Below, one piece after another: positions 27,076 to 32,000 of a DNA stretch of 32,000 nucleotides. Under the pieces are notes generated by a model. The model did no database searches. It had not been told where the DNA came from and saw nothing but the letters and a program-made list of their open reading frames with translations. How positions within the stretch are numbered: position 1 is the first letter of the stretch; each line of letters opens with the position of its first letter. Position numbers and translations under genes: made by a program. Source of the stretch: Candidatus Saccharimonadota bacterium (GTDB lineage: Bacteria; Patescibacteriota; Saccharimonadia; Saccharimonadales; UBA4665); assembly GCA_016699935.1 (NCBI GenBank), contig CP064992.1, positions 720,001 through 752,000 on the forward strand, read 5' to 3'.

Positions 27076-28368
27076 ATGAAGCATACAGTTGAAGAAGTTA
27101 CGTTACAAAATGGTGCCAAAGGTCTTCTTGTGCATGTTCCTGATGCGACGGTCATGAATGTGTATATCAACTTCCGAGCAGGGGAGTACATGGTTGATCG
27201 CGCAAAGTGGGAAACGCCACACCTCATGGAGCATATTTTGCTTGGGGCGAACGATGATTTTCCACGGGCACGTGATTTCCAGGCAGAAGTCGAGAAAAAC
27301 GGAGCCTACAGCAATGCTTCAACCGATGTGTACGATATAGTGTACGAGCTCGAATGTGCAGATTTTGAGTGGGAGCGGGTGACGCGTTTGCTGCGCACGG
27401 CAATAGACAAACCACTATTTCTACAAGAAGAGTTTGACGCAGAGTTTGGGAATGTACGAGAAGAGTTGGCTGCACGCGCGAACAATCATTACCGCCAGCT
27501 TGGTGCGTCAAGTCGAAAAGCGTATGGACTTGTTTCGGAAACAGATAAAGAACGCCTGGTGTTAATGGATAATGTCACGCTTGATGACGTGAGAGAGCAC
27601 TATCGTCGCACCCATACGACCGACAATATGCAGTTTGTAATTGCAGGTAATATTACTCCCGCTCGCAAGCGTAAAATAGTGGAACTGCTTGAAGAAATTC
27701 AACTTCCCCGCGGTGAGCGGTTTATTATGCCTGATGAGGTTGTTTCTGGCTTGAAAAAACCAGTATGCATTCCGAATGAAACGGTTGATACGGTGTACTT
27801 TTACATCGATACTTTTATGAATCGTCGCCTTGAGGAACGCGAGATTGACGCACTTGGGCTGGTAAACGCTCTTCTCACAGAGACGCTGTATTCGAAAATA
27901 CTTGGCACGGCCCGCGAAAGAGGTCTTGTGTATGGAATGAATAGCGGGTTTCAACAGATAAAGCTGAGCAGCAACTTGTGGTTTGGAAGCCAGGTTTCGG
28001 CGGCGAATGCGCCGGCTTTGTTCGACATTATCATTGAGCAGCTCGGTAACCTATTCCGCGGTGAACTAGCAGAAGCAGACATTACTGCCGCCCAGGCATA
28101 TGCCATTGGTCGGTATCAGCGGAGTGCGCAAACAGTTTCGAGTACGGCAGCAGGCTATACTGGACGATATTTCTTCGATGAGCACATAGAAGATTATTAT
28201 GCAGTGCCAGAACGTATTCAGGCTGTAACTAAACAAGATATCATAGATGCTACACGAGCAATGTTTGCAGATGGTATCGGGGGTCTTGGTGTATATGGCA
28301 GCGTGAGTACGGCTTTAGCGGATGACTTGAATAAACAGATAGCTACGCTGTGGCAGCAGGTAGCGTAG
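27076..28368 (+). CDS. M16-family (pitrilysin/insulinase-like) zinc peptidase
   Basis: Intact 430-aa ORF with the inverted zinc motif HxxEH (HLMEH) near the N-terminus. TATGCT lies 7 nt upstream of the ATG. Confidence 0.8.
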   Translation: MKHTVEEVTLQNGAKGLLVHVPDATVMNVYINFRAGEYMVDRAKWETPHLMEHILLGANDDFPRARDFQAEVEKNGAYSNASTDVYDIVYELECADFEWERVTRLLRTAIDKPLFLQEEFDAEFGNVREELAARANNHYRQLGASSRKAYGLVSETDKERLVLMDNVTLDDVREHYRRTHTTDNMQFVIAGNITPARKRKIVELLEEIQLPRGERFIMPDEVVSGLKKPVCIPNETVDTVYFYIDTFMNRRLEEREIDALGLVNALLTETLYSKILGTARERGLVYGMNSGFQQIKLSSNLWFGSQVSAANAPALFDIIIEQLGNLFRGELAEADITAAQAYAIGRYQRSAQTVSSTAAGYTGRYFFDEHIEDYYAVPERIQAVTKQDIIDATRAMFADGIGGLGVYGSVSTALADDLNKQIATLWQQVA

Positions 28369-29449
28369 ATGGAAGAATCGCTGCGTACGGCAAAAGCACT
28401 CCAAGATGCTGTGTCTAGCGCACTCACGCGTATAAATTTTGACAAAATGCAGTCTCGTAACTCAGAGATTACTACCCTTATCAATGCACCTGATTTTGGA
28501 ACGAAACGGAAGTTGCACAGAAAACGGTCAAGGAACAAGCTGCTCTGGAAAACGCATCGTACCGTGGGCAGAGCTGAAGCAAAGCATCGATGAGGTGATT
28601 GAGTTATTAGAAACCGGAGACGAAACAATAGAGTCGGAAACGACATCCCAGTTGGGGCTGGCCGCACAAACATTTGCAGGCCTGAAGGAAGAGCTAAAAT
28701 TTTCAGGTCCATACGACGAAAACGATGTCATTATGAGTCTCCATGCCGGTGCGGGGGTAGTGACGCGCAGGATTGGGCGGGGATGTTGCTTCGTATGTAT
28801 GTTCGCTGGGCTGAACAACAAAATTACTCAGTTTTGATGATCGATGAGGCAGCGGCTGATGAGGGTGGTATCAAGAGCGCCACACTTGAGATAACAGGGG
28901 TATTTGCCTATGGAAAGCTAAAGGGTGAGCATGGTGTACATCGCCTCGTACGACTTAGCCCGTTCAATGCAGAAAGCCGGAAACCAGCTTTGCCAAAGTC
29001 GAAATTATGCCCAAGATAGATACCCAGAAGCCGTCGAAATAGACGAAAAGATTTAAAATCGATGTCTACCGTAGTGGCGGTCACGGTGGCCAAAGTGTCA
29101 ACACAACTGACTCTGCCGTACGCATTACGCACCTGCCGACTAACACAGTTGTTGCTATCCAGAATGAGCGCTCACAGCTACAAAACCGAGAAACGGCTAT
29201 GACCATTTTGCGTTCGCGTCTGGCTGCCTTACAGCTCGAACAACACGCCGAAAAGGTGAGTGAGCTGAAAGGCCCAAATGAGCAAGCCGCCTGGGGCAAC
29301 CAAATCCGCAGCTACGTCCTGCACCCTTATAAACAAGTCAAAGATCTCCGCACCGGCTACACCAGCACCGACCCCGAAGACGTCCTCGCCGGCAACCTCA
29401 CCCCTTCATCACCGCCTACCTCGACCACACCCTTGGTGACATACGATAA
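28369..29449 (+). pseudogene. prfB: Peptide chain release factor 2, broken by about 7 frameshifts as assembled
   Basis: Reconstruction shows [25 protein letters not shown], the RF2 SPF motif (VRLSPFNAE), GGQ ([25 protein letters not shown]), [19 protein letters not shown] and the end ...[15 protein letters not shown]. Example break: G5 at 28753-28757 must be G6. Confidence 0.9.
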
Positions 29450-29552
29450 AGATTTTGGGGTTTTGCACGTCTACTCAAGCACAGATTGATGCTACTGCAG
29501 CATTAACCGCATAGTCGGGAGGTGATGCATACGGCGTGCTATAATAGTGCTA

Positions 29553-30260
29553 ATGATTTTGTTGGATCGGGTAACGAAGACATACGGAAAGACACTCGGC
29601 TCGGCTCTCGATAGGGTGAGTTTGCATGTGGAGCCGAAGGAATTTGTTATTGTCGTCGGTCAGAGTGGAGCAGGGAAGTCAACGCTGCTCAAACTACTGA
29701 CCCGCGAAGAACGGCCATCGAGCGGTAAAATTATCGTCGGAGGCATAGATTACGACAAGCTGCCAGACAAAGACATCCCACTGCTACGACGTAAAATCGG
29801 GGTCGTATTTCAGGATTTCAAGCTCCTACCTAATCGTACTGTTTTTGAAAACGTCGCGTTTGCCTTGGAAATTGTGGGAGTCAGCACCAAGGAGATCAAT
29901 AACACCGTACCGAGAGTGCTTGAAATAGTAAACCTCAAAGATAAAGCGAAGCGCATGCCCGTGGAACTCAGCGGTGGTGAGCGTCAGCGTGTCGCCATTG
30001 CTCGGGCTATCGTACGCCAGCCAAAAATTCTTATTGCCGACGAGCCAACTGGGAATCTTGATCCAAAACACGCCTGGGATGTTATTACCGTACTCGAAAA
30101 AATCAATCGTTACGGTACTACAGTTTTGTTGACGACGCACAACCAAGATATTGTGAATAAGCTAAAACGGCGGGTAATAACAATCAAAAACTGTCGAGTG
30201 GTTAGTGACCGTGCAAATGCCCAGTATAATGAAAAACCGCCAGTCGTGAGGAGCGTCTAA
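29553..30260 (+). CDS. ftsE: Cell-division ABC transporter ATP-binding protein FtsE
   Basis: Walker A GQSGAGKST, signature LSGGERQRV and Walker B ILIADEPTGNLD. I prefer ATG 29553 over the track's GTG 29547 because TGcTATAAT (29538-29545) lies 7 nt upstream. Confidence 0.9.
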   Translation: MILLDRVTKTYGKTLGSALDRVSLHVEPKEFVIVVGQSGAGKSTLLKLLTREERPSSGKIIVGGIDYDKLPDKDIPLLRRKIGVVFQDFKLLPNRTVFENVAFALEIVGVSTKEINNTVPRVLEIVNLKDKAKRMPVELSGGERQRVAIARAIVRQPKILIADEPTGNLDPKHAWDVITVLEKINRYGTTVLLTTHNQDIVNKLKRRVITIKNCRVVSDRANAQYNEKPPVVRSV

Positions 30261-30264
30261 CGTA

Positions 30265-31212
30265 ATGGGCAGACGAACGACAACAACGGGCAGAATAATA
30301 CGCACAGGCTTCTTGTATTTTGTACGTAACGCTTGGCTTGCAGTTGCAGCCATGGCGACTATGATTATTACGCTGTCGATTATCTTGTTCTCTATTATCG
30401 TTAACGCGACTTTTGCGAATCAAGTCGATCAGATTACCAACAAGATTGACATATCGGTATACCTAAAAGATACGGTTACGCCTGCACAAGCGAAAAGTTT
30501 CGTAGCAAAGGTAGAGCGGCTTTCAAATGTTGAACAGGTGACATACCTTGATAAAGCTGCGGCACTGAGAGCCTTCATAAAGCAAAATTCTGGAAACGAT
30601 AAGTTGCTTGCTGCCGTGAATGAAACCGATAATCCACTGCCTGCCACAGTCAAAATCAAGCCAAAGGACCTCAATAAAATGGACGAAATCCGCTCATTCG
30701 TCACAAAGCCAGAGTGGCAGAAACTCCAGTCCGATCCTATCTCTGACAGTGGTGAGCGCCGAGCCACGATAGATAAAATCACTCATGCCACCAACATCCT
30801 GCAGCGAGCCGGTATTATTGCGGTTGCTGTCTTTGCGCTGATTTCGGTGCTTATCATTTTCAACACGATTCAGATGGCAATATTTAACCGCCGTGATGAG
30901 CTGCAAATAATGCGACTGCTCGGTGCGAGCACAGGTTATATCCGTGCACCATTCGTAGTCGAAACTGTTATTTACGGGGTGTTTTCGGCAATTATTTCTA
31001 TACTCATTATCAACGCGCTGTTTATAACGGCATCAAGCTCTTTGCAGGCGACGAGTTTGGGGTTACTTGAAATTAGTTACAGCCAACAGTATTTTCAGGA
31101 ACGGTACTGGCAATTGTTGCTCATGCAGCTTACGCTTGGTATACTCATAGGAGCTGCATCGTCCATGATAGCCACGCAGCGGTATCTCAAATTCAAAACG
31201 CCAAAGAAATAA
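30265..31212 (+). CDS. ftsX: Cell-division permease-like protein FtsX
   Basis: 315 aa with one N-terminal TM segment, an extracytoplasmic domain and three C-terminal TM segments. It lies 4 nt after ftsE. Confidence 0.85.
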   Translation: MGRRTTTTGRIIRTGFLYFVRNAWLAVAAMATMIITLSIILFSIIVNATFANQVDQITNKIDISVYLKDTVTPAQAKSFVAKVERLSNVEQVTYLDKAAALRAFIKQNSGNDKLLAAVNETDNPLPATVKIKPKDLNKMDEIRSFVTKPEWQKLQSDPISDSGERRATIDKITHATNILQRAGIIAVAVFALISVLIIFNTIQMAIFNRRDELQIMRLLGASTGYIRAPFVVETVIYGVFSAIISILIINALFITASSSLQATSLGLLEISYSQQYFQERYWQLLLMQLTLGILIGAASSMIATQRYLKFKTPKK

Positions 31213-31413
31213 AGACACGCTCCAGCTTATTCTCAGATAGGATCGAGAATACTTTTCTGGTCTTGAACGTTAGCCGTCACTGCTTGACGGGGATTACCTA
31301 TCAGGGTGAGCGACAAAAATAGAAAAAAGCACAACGTTTTATCGGATATAAGGAGGGTTGCCAATGGTGCTCAGTTGTGATATCATAAGCATGTTCAGGC
31401 AAACATAGAAATT

Positions 31414-32000
31414 ATGCAAAAAAAAGTCTCTCACTCTTTCTCTCGTGTACCGCTGCGTCCAGCGCGATTTGGTCTACTTGTCGCCGCTAGTATATTTTTG
31501 GCAGTAGCGACACTCATACCTACGTGGCGGCACATGGTCTGGGCTGATGAATATCAGGCACAAATAAACGCTTTGACGGAGCAAAACGCAGCAAATCGTT
31601 CTGCGTTAAGTGAGCTTGAGTCTGTCGCTCAAAGCTATGCCGACGCTATTCAGAAGCTCCAACAGCAAATTGATGGGTTACAAGCTTCTATTAATACCAA
31701 TTTGGATTTGCAGGCGCAGCTACAGAAGCAGATTATCGAAGCACAGGCTGAGATAGACCGTCAGCGAGCTATTCTTGCCGAGGATGTAAAGGCAATGTAT
31801 GTCGATGGCACGCCGAGTTCGCTAGAAATGCTGGCGAGTAGCCGTGACTTTAGTGATTATGTCGATAAGCAAGAATATCGATCACGAGTTCAAGCCAAAC
31901 TGCAGGATACATTAAAGAAAATTGCTGAGCTACAAAAACAACTGCAAGTCCAAAAAGCAAAAGTAGAGCAGCTTATTAGAGATTTACAGGTCCAACAGAG
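31414..32000 (+). CDS. Coiled-coil protein with an N-terminal membrane anchor, likely the FtsEX-associated peptidoglycan hydrolase or activator (EnvC/PcsB/RipC-like); 3' end lies outside the window
   Basis: The frame is open from ATG 31414 to the window end (not in the supplied track). It has the TM segment FGLLVAASIFLAVATLI, then about 170 aa of Gln/Leu/Ala-rich heptad-like sequence. Its position after ftsEX supports the call. Confidence 0.6.
   Translation, partial: MQKKVSHSFSRVPLRPARFGLLVAASIFLAVATLIPTWRHMVWADEYQAQINALTEQNAANRSALSELESVAQSYADAIQKLQQQIDGLQASINTNLDLQAQLQKQIIEAQAEIDRQRAILAEDVKAMYVDGTPSSLEMLASSRDFSDYVDKQEYRSRVQAKLQDTLKKIAELQKQLQVQKAKVEQLIRDLQVQQ

Noticed and set aside
7329-29449. 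Genuine pseudogenisation or genome decay of tsf, frr, lysS, serS and prfB
   Set aside because: These genes are individually essential. The lesions are almost all single-base homopolymer contractions with otherwise well-preserved codons. Consensus error is the simpler explanation, but it needs confirmation from the reads.
1-32000. Alternative genetic code (UGA or another stop reassigned, as in some CPR lineages) as an explanation for the interrupted genes
   Set aside because: The interruptions are frame changes, not in-frame stops; the only in-frame stop is a TAA in one accessory gene. RF1 and RF2 are both encoded, and TGA, TAA and TAG all terminate intact conserved genes here.

Overview
This window is a compact stretch made almost entirely of housekeeping genes from a small-genome bacterium. 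My inference from gene content alone is a CPR/Patescibacteria organism, possibly Saccharibacteria-like. It uses the standard genetic code, because RF1 and RF2 are both present.

Gene order: htrA; prmC-prfA (-); a four-helix-bundle (4HB, S23p/Avd-like) gene (-); rpmE type B (-); a 623-aa orphan; rpsB-tsf; a small orphan; frr; a second 4HB gene; rseP; a CPBP protease; proS; greA; a SIMPL protein; class-I lysS; vapBC plus a zincin; a membrane protein (-); a MidA-like methyltransferase (-); a HAD hydrolase; a RumA-like methyltransferase; a Cas4-like PD-(D/E)xK nuclease; serS; hpf; secA; an M16 peptidase; prfB; ftsEX; and a coiled-coil EnvC/PcsB-like gene that runs off the window. I recognised no rRNA, tRNA, CRISPR array, transposase or integrase.

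Three sequence-level patterns stand out:
1. There are roughly 40-50 frame disruptions. Nearly all can be explained as one-base under-calls in short homopolymers. They cluster in blocks and hit essential genes (tsf, frr, serS, lysS, prfB, secA), so they are most likely assembly or base-calling errors. I therefore report reconstructed gene spans, typed CDS for up to 2 breaks and pseudogene for heavier damage.
2. Tandem heptanucleotide arrays of at least 3-4 unit families occupy many intergenic regions. They supply -35-like hexamers to promoters and bracket two accessory genes. One array lies in frame inside prfA.
3. About ten genes carry a TATAAT-like box 6-10 nt upstream of the start codon, which predicts leaderless mRNAs. 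Other genes have classic AGGAGG ribosome-binding sites.

I did not find a clear multi-gene novel system such as a defence island. The best candidates for novelty are the heptamer-array/4HB cassettes, the array-bracketed nuclease and the 623-aa orphan. All similarity statements come from motif recognition by eye; no searches were run.
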